The notes beneath the pieces are model-generated. The model was given only the letters and a program-made list of their open reading frames with translations. It ran no database searches and was not told where the DNA came from. From an uncultured Actinomycetota bacterium (GTDB lineage Bacteria; Actinomycetota; Actinomycetes; Actinomycetales; CAWJMD01), in contig OY970255.1 of the NCBI GenBank assembly GCA_963715595.1, positions 2,450,842 to 2,514,841 of the forward strand: a DNA stretch of 64,000 nucleotides, given 5' to 3'. Every line of letters begins with the position of its first letter. The stretch's first letter is position 1. Both the position numbers and the translations under genes were made by a program. Shown piece after piece: positions 43,224-53,716 of this stretch.

Positions 43224-44408
43224 TCAGCGCAGCGAGTCGCGGAGCTCGGCCACGTGCGGCGAGCGCGCCGGGTCGAGCCCGGTGGCCAGCGCGAGGTAGG
43301 TCGCGGCGAAGTCGACCCGCGCCACGACCCGGGCGAACCGCTGCATCGGCGTCTCCGCCGGCCCGCTGGGTCCGGTCTCGAGGTCGTCGCCCAGCTCGGT
43401 GTGCGCGCGCACGTCGCTGACCCGCACGCCCGAGCGCTCGGCGAGGTCGCGGACGGCGCCGAACCCGATGCCGTCGCCCACGTCGAGCAGCAGCAGCCGC
43501 AGCCGCGTGGCCGCGGGGCCGTCGAGGAACGGGTCGGCGAACACCTCGTCCGAGGCGTCGGACGCGAACGGCCCGCCGAAGGTGGCCACGACGTCGCCGG
43601 CGTCGTCCGGGAGCATGCCGTGCACCGCCGGCACCCGGGCCGTGCGCGCCAGCACCGACGCCGCCCGACGGCCCGCGACGCCGGCCAGCGGGCTGTCGCC
43701 GAGGATCACCGGCACCGAGCCGTCGACCTCGAGGGCGAGCGACTTGGCCGGGTTGACGAAGGCCTCGGACGAGGGCCGGCAGGCCTCCGCCTCGGCGTCG
43801 AGCGCGTCGGCGAGCGCGGCGAGGTCGTGCTCGCCGCCGGACGCGTCGTCGGGCAGCAGGCCGAGCCGGTCGCACGCCAGCAGCGGCGGGGTGAGCAGCG
43901 ACCACAGCGCCGTCCGCGAGGTCGGGGTGGTGGCGGCGGACCGGTCGACCGGCAGCGGGACGTGCGCCCCGCGGAAGCGGCGGCTCACCTGCTCCAGCGG
44001 CGACCCCGCGGCGCCGACCGTCAGCAGCTGGGCGCCGCGCCGGCCCGCCTCGGACGCCACCGCGACCGCGCCCTCGGCGCGCCCGGACAGCGAGATGGCG
44101 ACGACCACGTCCATGGAGCCCACCCAGGACGGCAGCCGCGAGCCCGACAGGGCCAGCACCGGCACCGGGCCGGCGCCCCCGACGACGGCGGCGAGGGCGT
44201 CGCCCACCACCGCGGCACCGCCGCGCGCGGCGACGACGACGGCGCGCGGGCGGCCGCCGTCGGTCCACGACGGCGGCAGCGACTCCTGCGTCAGCGCGAG
44301 GGCCTGGCGCACCTGCGCCCCCGCACCGGCCAGCGAGCGGAGCACCGCGCGCGGGTCGGCGGCCTCCAGCCCGGCGGCGTCGTCGAGGAGCTGCTCGTCG
44401 ACGGCCAC
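43224..44408 (-). CDS. SIS-domain protein (bifunctional glucose/mannose-6-phosphate isomerase-like)
   Basis: The sequence is VAVDEQLLDDAAGLEAADPRAVLRSLAGAGAQVR...VVVAARGGAAVVGDAL..MDVVVAISLSGRAEG... It lies between the pmm-type and ahcY genes, as in other actinobacteria. The start, GTG 44408, sits immediately after the upstream TGA stop (TGAGGTG). Confidence 0.7.
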   Translation of the reverse strand: MAVDEQLLDDAAGLEAADPRAVLRSLAGAGAQVRQALALTQESLPPSWTDGGRPRAVVVAARGGAAVVGDALAAVVGGAGPVPVLALSGSRLPSWVGSMDVVVAISLSGRAEGAVAVASEAGRRGAQLLTVGAAGSPLEQVSRRFRGAHVPLPVDRSAATTPTSRTALWSLLTPPLLACDRLGLLPDDASGGEHDLAALADALDAEAEACRPSSEAFVNPAKSLALEVDGSVPVILGDSPLAGVAGRRAASVLARTARVPAVHGMLPDDAGDVVATFGGPFASDASDEVFADPFLDGPAATRLRLLLLDVGDGIGFGAVRDLAERSGVRVSDVRAHTELGDDLETGPSGPAETPMQRFARVVARVDFAATYLALATGLDPARSPHVAELRDSLR

Positions 44409-44409
44409 C

Positions 44410-44626
44410 TCAGGCTCCCGGTCGGCGCGCCTCGTCGACGAGCAGGACCGGCACGCCGTCGTCGACCCGGTACGCCAGGCCGCACTCGGTGCGAGGTGCA
44501 GACCAGCTCGGGCCCGCCGTCGGGGCCGGTGGCGTCGGTCAGCTCGGACCGGCACGCCGGGCACCGCAGCAGCTCGCGCAGCCACGGGTCGATCGTCATG
44601 GCGGCGTCCGCCGTCCCGTCGGTCAT
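44410..44626 (-). pseudogene. Trm112-family zinc-ribbon protein with a single frameshift as sequenced
   Basis: MTDGTADAAMTIDPWLRELLRCPACRSELTDATGPDGGPELVCTS continues as ..TECGLAYRVDDGVPVLLVDEARRPGA* after a shift near 44490. The span of 217 nt equals 3n+1. Confidence 0.6.
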
Positions 44627-46056
44627 CAGGCCTCCTGCCGGACGAGCGCGAGCACCTCGTCGCGCACCGCCGCCATGGTGTCACCATCGGCGGCCTCCGC
44701 GTTCAGGCGCAGCAGCGGCTCGGTGTTCGAGGCCCGCAGGTTGAACCACCACATCGGCCCGTCGCCGGTGCCGGTGACGGTGGTGCCGTCGAGCTCGTCG
44801 ACCTCGCCGCGGCCGGCGAAGGCGGCCCGCACCCGGGCCACGGCGGCCGGGACGTCGTCGACCCGGGAGTTGATCTCGCCGCTCGCGGCGTAGCGCTCGT
44901 AGTCGGCCATCAGCGCCGACAGCGAGCCCGGCGCCTCCTGCAGCGCGGCGAGGACGTGCAGGGCGGCGAGCATGCCGGTGTCGGCACCCCAGAACTCGCG
45001 GAAGTAGTAGTGGGCGGAGTGCTCGCCGCCGAAGACCGCTGCGCTGGAGGCCATCTGCTCCTTGATGAAGGAGTGGCCCACCCGCGTGCGCAGCGGGGTG
45101 CCCCCGGCCTCGGTCACCAGCTCGGGCACCGCCCGCGAGGTGATCAGGTTGTGGATCACGACGGCGTCGCGGCCCTGGGCCTTCTCCTTGGCGATCTCGC
45201 GGACGGCCACCAGCCCGGTGACCGCGCTCGGGCTCACCGGCTCGCCGCGCTCGTCGACGACGAAGACCCGGTCGGCGTCGCCGTCGAAGGCCAGGCCGAT
45301 GTCGGCGCCGTGCTCGACCACCGCGGCCTGCAGGTCGCGCAGGTTCGCGGGCTCGAGCGGGTTCGCCTCGTGGTTCGGGAAGGTGCCGTCGAGCTCGAAG
45401 TACATCGGCACGACCTCGAGCGGCAGCGGGTCGAGGCCGGACGCGGTGCCGAGGACGGCGGGGACGGTGTGACCGGCCATGCCGTTGCCGGCGTCGACCA
45501 CGACCTTGAGCCGCCGGCCGCCGGACAGGTCGACCAGGGTGCGCAGGTGCTCGGCGTAGCCGCGCAGCAGGTCGCGCTCGGTGCGGGTGCCGGGCGTGGT
45601 CGGCGTGGGCAACCCGTCGGCGAGGTAGCGCTCGGCGCCGGCCCGGATGGCCGCCAGGCCGGAGTCCTGGCCCACGGCCCTCGCTCCGGCGCGGCAGACC
45701 TTGATCCCGTTGTAGCGGGCGGGGTTGTGGCTCGCGGTGAACATCGCGCCCGGGCAGTCGAGCACGCCGCTGGCGTAGTACAGGCCGTCGGTGGAGGCCA
45801 GGCCGATCAGCACGACGTCGACGCCGCGGGACTGCAGGCCGCCGGCGAAGGCGTCGACCAGGCCGGCCGAGGAGGGGCGCATGTCGTGGCCGACGACGAA
45901 GGAGCGGCCGGGGAGACCGAGCTCGTCGGCGCTCGCGGCGCCGAGGGCGGCCGCCTCACGGGGGCCCCACTCGTCCGGGACGACTCCACGGACGTCGTAG
46001 GCCTTGACGACTCTGCTCAGGTCGGCGCGATGCTGGTCGCGGTCGGTGGCGCTCAT
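44626..46056 (-). CDS. Phosphomannomutase/phosphoglucomutase
   Basis: Motifs seen are ..YDVRGVVPDEW.., FTASHNPARYNGIK (active-site Ser), DGDADRVFVVDE and GGEHSAHYYF. The 476-aa ORF is intact. Confidence 0.9.
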   Translation of the reverse strand: MSATDRDQHRADLSRVVKAYDVRGVVPDEWGPREAAALGAASADELGLPGRSFVVGHDMRPSSAGLVDAFAGGLQSRGVDVVLIGLASTDGLYYASGVLDCPGAMFTASHNPARYNGIKVCRAGARAVGQDSGLAAIRAGAERYLADGLPTPTTPGTRTERDLLRGYAEHLRTLVDLSGGRRLKVVVDAGNGMAGHTVPAVLGTASGLDPLPLEVVPMYFELDGTFPNHEANPLEPANLRDLQAAVVEHGADIGLAFDGDADRVFVVDERGEPVSPSAVTGLVAVREIAKEKAQGRDAVVIHNLITSRAVPELVTEAGGTPLRTRVGHSFIKEQMASSAAVFGGEHSAHYYFREFWGADTGMLAALHVLAALQEAPGSLSALMADYERYAASGEINSRVDDVPAAVARVRAAFAGRGEVDELDGTTVTGTGDGPMWWFNLRASNTEPLLRLNAEAADGDTMAAVRDEVLALVRQEA

Positions 46057-46095
46057 GCGCCGCAGGTTACTGGTCGCCGTGCGACCTGCTGGTGC

Positions 46096-46359
46096 TCAGG
46101 CGGGCTTGCGGGTGCGGTCGAGCACGTCCTGCACCGACAGCGCCACGCCGTCCTGCTCCCAGCGACGGGCCTCGCAGCCGCGGCAGGAGGTGAAGTCCAC
46201 GCAGGTGCCGTCGGTCAGCCGCATCGCGAGCCGGGTGAGCTGGGTCGAGCCGCACTCGTGGCAGGTGCGGGAGGTGCGCACCTGGGTGAGGGAGCCGAGG
46301 GGGGCCATCGGGGCGGCGGCGCGGGAGCGGCGGCGGGAGGGGGCTGCGGTGGCGGGCAT
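46096..46359 (-). CDS. Conserved small zinc-ribbon protein (87 aa)
   Basis: The sequence is ..TCHECGSTQLTRLAMRLTDGTCVDFTSCRGCEARRWEQDG... Third-position G/C is high. I cannot name the family with confidence. Confidence 0.6.
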   Translation of the reverse strand: MPATAAPSRRRSRAAAPMAPLGSLTQVRTSRTCHECGSTQLTRLAMRLTDGTCVDFTSCRGCEARRWEQDGVALSVQDVLDRTRKPA

Positions 46360-46554
46360 CGGTGCGACCTCTTCGGGAACGGCGGGTGCTGCGCTGACGA
46401 CAACACATCGACCACCGCCACGAATGGCTGAAGCATCACCGGTTTGCCCTAGCCCGGACGGGTGACTGACACCGTTTGCAGACCTCGTCCGGCGGAGCAG
46501 GCGGCGCGTCGGGAACCGATCAGCCCGAGATCGGTGACGCAGCGTGCACGGAGG

Positions 46555-46929
46555 TCAGGGGGTGTCGTCGCGCAGCACCCGCAGGTGCCCCCGCCGGCCG
46601 ACCTCGATCGTGCCCGCCGGCTCCTGGGCGCGCGGCGGCGACAGCGGCTGGGCGGCCTCGCGCACGGCGTCGGCCAGGGCGAGCAGGTCGTCGTCGCTGG
46701 GCCCGTGCAGCGGCTCGGACGGGGCCAGGCGCACGACCTCCCACCCGCGCGGGGCGGTCAGGCGCTGGGAGTGCGTGGCGCACAGGTCGTAGCAGTGCGG
46801 CTCGGCGACGGTGGCCAGCGGGCCGAGCACGGCGGTCGAGTCGGAGTAGACGTAGGTCAGGGTCGCGTGCGCGGGCTGCACGCACCCGCTGCGGCTGCAG
46901 CGGCGGACTCCGGGACGGACGGCGCTCAC
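46555..46929 (-). CDS. DUF3499 family protein
   Basis: From the GTG start it reads VSAVRPGVRRCSRSGCVQPAHATLTYVYSDSTAVLGPLATVAEPHCYDLCATHSQRLTAPRGWEVVRL... Its position next to the pmm-type gene matches Mycobacterium. Confidence 0.65.
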   Translation of the reverse strand: MSAVRPGVRRCSRSGCVQPAHATLTYVYSDSTAVLGPLATVAEPHCYDLCATHSQRLTAPRGWEVVRLAPSEPLHGPSDDDLLALADAVREAAQPLSPPRAQEPAGTIEVGRRGHLRVLRDDTP

Positions 46930-47024
46930 CCGTCCGAGCCTAGACCGGGCCGGCCGCCCTGCCCGGGACGCGCGGCCGGGACGCGCGGCCGGGGCGCAGC
47001 CGGGCGCCGGGCTACGCTGCCGCC

Positions 47025-47435
47025 GTGCCTGCCCGCCCGCGTCGCCGCGACCGGCACGGCCGGGGCCTGCGCGGCCAGCTGCTGCCGTCCGCCCTGCCCG
47101 CCGCGCGCACCCGCGCCGAGCGCTTCGACGACCTCGTCCTGGACGCCGCGGACGACCTGCCGCGACGCTGGCGCGAGCGGGTGCAGGAGGTCGAGCTGGC
47201 CGTCGAGGACGTCCCGCCGGCCGACCCCTCCCCGTGGGAGGGCGGCGAGGTGCCGCTCGGGCGGGTGTTCCCGGCCGACCGCGGCCTCGCGGCCCGGGTC
47301 GTGGTCTACCGCCGACCGGTCGAGGCCCGGGCGCAGGGGCCGGGCGACCTGGCCGAGCTGGTGCGCTCGGTCGTCGTCGAGCAGCTCGCCCACGTGCTCG
47401 GGGTCTCCCCCGACGACCTGGAGTCGCGCGACTGA
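47025..47435 (+). CDS. Metallopeptidase-family (zincin-like, DUF1025) protein
   Basis: The sequence is ..RAERFDDLVLDAADDL......VELAVEDVPP.......LGRVF.....ARVVVYRRPVEARA......LVRSVVVEQLAHVLG. Confidence 0.75.
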   Translation: MPARPRRRDRHGRGLRGQLLPSALPAARTRAERFDDLVLDAADDLPRRWRERVQEVELAVEDVPPADPSPWEGGEVPLGRVFPADRGLAARVVVYRRPVEARAQGPGDLAELVRSVVVEQLAHVLGVSPDDLESRD

Positions 47436-47444
47436 GCCCGGCGG

Positions 47445-48996
47445 TCAGGGCTCGCTGCCGGCGGGCGCGCGCAGCACGTCCGGCGACAACCGGTCGACGC
47501 GGACGTCGTCCGGCGCCCGCGGCGGCACCAGCACCGGCACCACCGCCACGAAGCTCACCCGCGCCCGCGTGCCCGGCTGCGACCACAGCACGGTGGTCGC
47601 GGCCACCTGACCGGAGCGCACCTCCAGCCGCAGCGCCGCGGCGTCGGCGGGGACGCGTGACGACGGCGGTGCGGCCGGGCTCGACCCGCACCTCCTGCAC
47701 CTGGCCGACCCGCGCGCCGTCGGCGTCGAGCACCTCGACCTCGACCGCGCCGCCACCGTCGGAGGCGGCCAGCGCCAGCGCGCTGCGCACCCGGTCGTCG
47801 GCGGCCACCGGGACGACCGCCGTGCCGTCGAGCAGCGCCGCCGTCGGGGCCACCGCGTGGTCGGCGAGCCCGTCGTCGCGGGCGACCGTGGTCTGCACCG
47901 CGGCGGCGACCGGCTGGTCGGAGGTGACCTGCAGGGCCAGGGCGACCGGCACCCTGGCCGCGGCGCGGCGGACCTCCTCGACCGGCACCTCGACCACCGA
48001 CCCGGCGGGCACCGTGACCACGCTCTCGCCCTCCTGGGTCTGGGTGCCGTCGGGCCCGAGCAGCTGCCAGCCGACGGCGGCGGGAGCGGTGCCCGGGTTG
48101 GCCAGGCGCAGCGACGGCGTCGGTGGCCGGGCCGGGCAGCACGCCCGGCACCATCAGCGAGGTGCCGGCCTGCGTCAGCGGAACCTGCTCGACCCCCTGC
48201 GCGCGCACCCCGGCCAGCCGGCTGTCGACCAGGTGCGCCGCCACCGCCCCGCCGCGGGCGCTGACACCGACCGCGAGCGCGGGCGTCGGGCCCAGCAGGC
48301 CCTCGAGCAGCACCTCGCGGCTCGCACCGCCGGGCACGACGACGTCCTGGCCGGCGGGCGGCGACACCGGCCCCTCGGGCGTCAGCACCACCAGGTCGAC
48401 CGTCGAGGTCGTGGCACCCGGGTTCGACAGCACCACCCGTCCGCTGCGGCCCGCCTCGACGCCGCCGCCGACCAGCCAGCCGCTCTCGACCGGGTAGGTG
48501 CAGGAGGAGGCGGCGAGGCCGGCCAGGTCGCCCTCGTCGGCGACCGCGACGGCGAGCGCGCCGACGGTGACACCGGGGGCCGCCTGCACGACGGCGGGCG
48601 CGAGGCCGTCGGCGCTCGCCACCGAGCCGTCGCCGGAGGCCTCGACGGCGAGCCGGGACGCCGGACGGCCCTCGTCGCCCAGCACCGCGGCGGCGTCGGC
48701 GACGCCGCCCGCGGTGCGCAGCACGGTCTCGGTGCGCGCGGGCGACTCGGCCCGGAAGTCCTCGTCGGCGTCGTCGTCGCTCACCTCGGCGACCAGCCGC
48801 GGCGCCGGGGGCAGACCAGCACGGACGGGCGTCCGCCGAGGTCGACCGCGCCGGAGCCGGGCTGCTGCGCGACGACGGCGCCGGCGAGCGACCAGCCGCG
48901 CGGGTCGACGACGCCGGTCGCGAGCACGCCGAGCGCGGCCACCGCGAGCGTCGTGACGGCGGCGCGCGCGACGAGCGGACGGCCGGGTCGCCTCAC
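47445..48996 (-). pseudogene. DUF5719-like secreted/anchored protein with three frame shifts as sequenced
   Basis: Four segments are spread over listed ORFs. Segment 1 is MRRPGRPLVARAAVTTLAVAALGVLATG..VLVCP (48781..48996). Segment 2 is ..APRLVAEVSDDDADEDFRAES...TSLMVPGVLPGPATDA (47555..49351 frame). Segment 3 is ..LRLANPGTAPAAVGWQLLGPDGTQ..VTVPAGSVVEV...VEPGRTAVVT (46555..48021 frame). Segment 4 is ..PADAAALRLEVRSGQVAATTVLW...* (47445..47756). The shifts lie near 48809, 48115 and 47652. Confidence 0.6.
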
Positions 48997-51900
48997 GAGG
49001 ACACCGGACGGACGGTCTCAGGACGCACGGTTTCAGGACGCACCGGGACGGCGAGCAGCACGGTGACCACGAGCACGAGCAGCTGCAGGGCGAGCAGGCC
49101 GGGCACGGCGGTGTCGACGTGGCGCACCTCGACCCGTCCGGCGGAGTCGGGGAGGGTGAAGCCCTGCGCCCAGCCGTCGACCGTGACCGGCTGGAGGGGC
49201 CTGCCGTCGAGGGTCGCGCGCCAGCCGGCGTCGGCGCGCTCGGCCAGGGCGAGGACGCGTCCGTCCGCGCCGGCGGGCACCTCGGCCGAGGTGCCACGGG
49301 GGTCGGACGGCAGCGCCTGCCAGGCCGGTTCGCCCGCGACCGGCGCCGCACCGGGCGGCGGCAGCACGCGGACGGCGGCGACGCGGTCGGGCGCCGCGGG
49401 GTCGCCCTGCACCCGCCACGCCCGCGCCGCTGTCGTCTCGCCCGCGGGGACGAGCCCCTCGACGGCGGCGAGCCGCGCGGCGAGGGCGTCGGTGGCGGCC
49501 GTGTCGGCGGCGGTGCCCGACGTGGGCAGCAGGACGGCGACGGCGCCGACGCCCAGCGGTGCGAGCAGGTCGCGCGCCGGCGCCCGGGCGCTCACCAGAC
49601 CGCCGACGGCGTCGTCGAGGGCGGCGCGGGCGGGGTCGTCGGCCAGCGGCCGGTAGGCCTGCCCGACGGCGCCGGACGCGCCGGTGGTGGCGAGCGAGGG
49701 CCCCTCGTCGCGGACCAGCACGGCCTGCAGGTCGGGCAGCGCGCCCTCGCCGCCGGCGGAGGGCGTGGCGCGGAGCACGAGGGTGCGCACCTGGTCGGAG
49801 GAGCGGGCGGCGTCGACGACCACCGCCGGCAGCGCCGGCACCGAGCGCGCCAGGTCGGTGGGGGCCGGGTCGGTGGCCTGCGTGACCGCCCAGCCGCCGA
49901 GGGACAGCAGCGGCAGGGCGCACAGCACCGCGGCGACCGCGGGCAGCACCCGTCGCACCACGACCCGCGCGCTGGTGCCGGCCGCGACGGCCGAGCCGGC
50001 GGCGAGCAGGCCGAGCAGGGCCAGGCTGGTGCCCGGGCCCGCCCAGCCGGTGACCGGGGCCTCGCCGGTGTCGAGCCCGACGCACGGTGCCGGCCTGCAC
50101 GAGGGCGACGACGAGGCCGGCGACGGCGACCACCAGGCCGGTGCGCACCGCCGTGCCCGCGCGGCCGGCGGCGAGCGCCAGCGGGAGCGCGAGCACCGCG
50201 GCGACCGCGGGCGCCGCCCGGCGAGCAGCAGCGCGAGCGGCGGCAGCCCGGGCAGCACGACGAGCGGGTCGGTGGGCCAGCCGAGCAGCACCTGCCAGGC
50301 CGGCGGGGCGACCGCGGGTGCCGGCGTGCCGGGGCCGGCGAGCAGCACCGCGGGGAGCCGCACCGCGTCGAGCAGCAGGGGCAGCGCCAGCACCGCGGCC
50401 GGCACGCACGACCAGGGCCGGGGCCAGGCGGCGCGCGACCACGGCGGCGACCACGCCGGCGAGCAGGACGGGCACGGCGAGCACCGGCGCGCCGCACACC
50501 ACGGGCACGACCGCGAGCGCGCAGGCGGCGCTCCAGGTCCAGGCGGACCGCCTGCTGCGGGCGCCGACGGCGTGCACGAGCAGGCGCGCGGCGACCGGCA
50601 GCGCCAGGTGCGCGAGCACCGCGCCGTACCGGCCGGCGGCCACCCCGAGCAGCAGCGCCGGGGCCGCCGCCCACGCGAGCCCGCCGAGCAGGCGCCACCA
50701 CGCCGAGCGGGTCAGCAGCCCTGCGCCCCACCAGCCGGCCACGGCGGCCAGGGGGAGCGCGGCCAGGGTGAGCAGCAGGAACGCCGAGGCCGCGGAGCCG
50801 AGCGGCAGGGCCAGGGCGAGCAGCGGCCACAGCGCGGGGTCGGGGGCGGCGGCGACGCCCGTGCCCGCGGCCTGCCAGCCGGAGGTCAGCGCGTCGACCA
50901 GGCCGCGGACACCCTCGGGCGCGGGGGCCGCGGCGGCCGAGGTGACCGCCCCGGCACCGAGCAGGCGCCACAGGCCGACGAGCGCGGCCGCGGTGCCGAG
51001 CAGCAGCAGCGCGAGCACCGCGACGACGCGGTGCGTCCCGGGCGGCGCGGCGGGAGCCGGGACGGTGAGCCGGCTGCGGTGCCAGCGCCAGGTCTCGCGG
51101 TGGTCGGCGAGCAGCGGGTGCAGCTGGTGCACCGGCACCCGCCGGGTGCGCCGGGCCCGCGCCCGGGCGCGCAGCAGCAGGTCGGGACGCGCCAGCGGCG
51201 CGAGCACCTGGCCCGCGGCGCGCAGCCCCACGAGCGGCTCCTTGGCCGCGAGCCCGCCGAGCACGCGCAGCAGCGCGCCGAGCACGACCTGCGCCAGCAC
51301 GAGCGGGAACGCCGCGCGGCCGGCCCCCACCAGCCGCAGGTAGGCGGTGCTGCGGCGCTGCCGGGCCGGCGGCGCGACCGGCTCGTCCGGGGGCCTGACC
51401 AGCACGGCGGCGGGCACCACCTCGACCCGGTGCCCGGCCAGCCGGGCGCGCCGGCACAGGTCGATCTCCGCGCCGGGCAGGCCGGGGCGCGAGAGGGCGG
51501 GGTCGGGGCCGCCGAGCTCCAGCCAGACGTCGGCGCGCACGAGCATGCCGGTGAGGCCGACGGCCAGGACGTCGCAGGTGGCGTCGTGCTGACCCTGGTC
51601 GACCTCGCCGTCGTCGAGACGGGTGAGCCGGCGCGAGCCGCGGGTGGTGGTGAAGCCGGTGTCGAGGAGCACGTCGCCGCCCGGGCCGCCGCGGTGCTTG
51701 GTGCCCACCACGGCCACGTTGTCGCTGCGCCGGACCCGGTCGACCAGCCGCTCCAGCGTCGGCATCGTCGGGCGGTCGCGGTCGTCGAGCACCCACACCC
51801 AGTCGCGCGACGGCGCGACGCCCGCGTCGGGGACGGCGGTACGCGGGTCGGTGCTCGGGCGCAGGTCGTGCACCGCGAGGTGGGTCAGGGCGGTGGTGAC

Positions 51901-52197
51901 GGCGTCGCCGAGGGTGCTGGAGGGGTCGAGCCGCAGCACGTGGTCGCAGTGGGCACCCAGGACGGCGGCGACGAGCCGGCCGGCGTCGTCGTCGGCACTG
52001 GCGTCGACCCCGACCACCAGGTCGGGGGAGCGGGTCTGCGCGGCGACCGCCTTGAGCAGGCCGGGCAGGTGCTCGGGGTCGCGGGCGTGCACCACCGCGA
52101 CGACCCGAGGCCGCCCGGGGTGCGTGCGTCCCGTCACCGGCGCCCCCGCCGGCTCGGGGCGGGCCCGCACGATGCGCAGGCCCTGGTCGAGGGACAC
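48993..52197 (-). pseudogene. Large membrane glycosyltransferase (N-terminal GT2 domain, polytopic middle, extracytoplasmic C-terminus) with three frame shifts as sequenced
   Basis: The GT2 part is ..RVVAVVHARDPEHLPGLLKAVAAQTRSPD..VGVDASADD...WVWVLDDRDRP..VVGTKHR...GMLVRADVW.. This is followed by many TM helices. The frame alternates between ORF 49033..52548 and ORF 48993..50405, with switches near 50406, 50217 and 50085. The span equals 3n+1. Confidence 0.7.
49012..49041 (-). repeat. 15-nt in-frame tandem repeat at the 3' end of the large GT gene
   Basis: The copies acggtctcaggacgc and acggtttcaggacgc encode VRPETVRPETVRP. Confidence 0.7.
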
Positions 52198-52201
52198 CGG
52201 G

Positions 52202-52501
52202 TCAGACGGCGCGCTTCTTGAGCTTGCGCCGCTCGCGCTCGGACAGCCCGCCCCAGATGCCGAACCGCTCGTCGTTGGCGAGGGCGTACTCGAGGCACTC
52301 GGCCTGCACCTCGCAGCCCACGCAGACCTTCTTGGCCTCGCGGGTCGACCCGCCCTTCTCCGGGAAGAAGGCCTCGGGGTCGGTCTGGGCGCACAGCGCC
52401 CGCTCCTGCCAGCCGAGCGCCCCTTCGTCGCCCTCGTCGAGCTCCCATCCCCGCTGGGACGGGACCAGCGACAACGCCGCGAAATCGTCCATGGCTCCCA
52501 C
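52202..52501 (-). CDS. whiB2: WhiB-family regulator, WhiB2/WhmD (WhiB of Streptomyces) type
   Basis: The sequence is ..WQERALCAQTDPEAFFPEKGGSTREAKKVCVGCEVQAECLEYALANDERFGIWGGLSERERRKLKKRAV*. Its position divergent from fbiA matches Mycobacterium. Confidence 0.9.
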   Translation of the reverse strand: MGAMDDFAALSLVPSQRGWELDEGDEGALGWQERALCAQTDPEAFFPEKGGSTREAKKVCVGCEVQAECLEYALANDERFGIWGGLSERERRKLKKRAV

Positions 52502-52586
52502 GTTCTCGACCCTTCTTCGGTGGTGCTCCCCACGTACGGTGCCCGCACCAGGTCGCGCTGGTCCGAACGGGAACGACAGTAAGGGA

Positions 52587-52616
52587 ATTACACGCGTGTC
52601 GCACCGCGTTCGTCAA
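52587..52616 (-). promoter_or_regulatory. Candidate sigmaA-type promoter of whiB2
   Basis: The minus strand reads TTGACG-(18 nt)-TGTAAT. This sits in the only AT-containing patch of the 190-nt divergent intergenic region, about 85 nt upstream of the start. Confidence 0.35.
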
Positions 52617-52692
52617 GCCCGTCGGTGCTATCCGCCGGGGACTCGAGCCCTCGGTGCGACCCGGTCACCCTGGGTGGGCGAGGATGTGCGGC

Positions 52693-53716
52693 ATGCGGAT
52701 CACGGCCCTGTCCGGCGGCGTGGGCGGCGCCCGGTTCCTCGCCGGCCTCGTGCACCACCTCGCGAGCCGCTCCCCGGGTGGCGCCGAGGAGGGCCCGCAC
52801 GAGCTCGTGGTGGTGGGCAACACCGCCGACGACATCACCCTGCACGGCCTGCGGGTCTGCCCCGACCTCGACACGGTCATGTACACCCTGGGCGGCGGCG
52901 TGCACCCCGAGCAGGGCTGGGGCCGCGTCGACGAGACCATGGGCGTCGCGGCCGAGCTCGCCGCGTACGGCGCCGGGCCCGACTGGTTCACCCTCGGCGA
53001 CAAGGACCTCGCGACCCACCTGGTGCGCTCGCAGATGCTCGGCCTGGGCTACCCGCTGAGCCAGGTCACCGCCGCCCTGTGCGCGCGCTGGGACCTCGCC
53101 GCGAGCGGGGTGCGGCTGCTGCCGATGACCGACGACCCGGTCGAGACGCACGTCGTGGTCGACGACGAGGAGGCCGAGGGCGGGCAGCGCGCGATCCACT
53201 TCCAGGAGTGGTGGGTGCGCCACCACGCCGCGCTGCCGGCGCGGCGCATCGTCGCCGTCGGCGCCGAGCAGTCCTCCCCCGCGCCCGGGGTGCTCGACGC
53301 GCTGCGCGAGGCCGACGTCGTGCTGCGTCCCGCCGAGCAACCCGGTCGTGTCGATCGGCACGATCCTGTCCGTCCCCGGCGTCCGCGACGCCCTGCGCGG
53401 CACCCGGGCGCCGGTCGTCGGCCTCTCGCCCATCGTGGGCGGCAAGCCGGTGCGCGGCATGGCCGACGCCTGCCTGGCGGCGATCGGCGTGCCCAGCACC
53501 GCCCGCGCGGTCGGCGGCCTGTTCGCCGACCTGCTCGACGCGTGGCTGGTCGACACCTCCGACGCCGACCTCGACGGCACGACCGTCCCGGGCGGACGGG
53601 CGCGCGTGCACGCCCGTCCGCTGCTCATGACCGACCTCGCCGCGACGGCCGCGATGGCCGGCGCCGCGGTCGACCTCGGCCTCGACCTCGCGGCGGCGAC
53701 GCCGGGACGCGCGTGA
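52693..53716 (+). pseudogene. fbiA: 2-phospho-L-lactate transferase (F420 biosynthesis) with one frameshift as sequenced
   Basis: MRITALSGGVGGARFLAGLV...VVGNTADDITLHGLRVCPDLDTVMYTLGG... (ORF 52654..) continues as ..PPSNPVVSIGTILSVPGVRDALRGTRAPVVGLSPIVGGKPVRGMAD... in ORF 53348..53716. The extra base appears to be in the ccc run at about 53328-53330. The span equals 3n+1. Confidence 0.85.
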
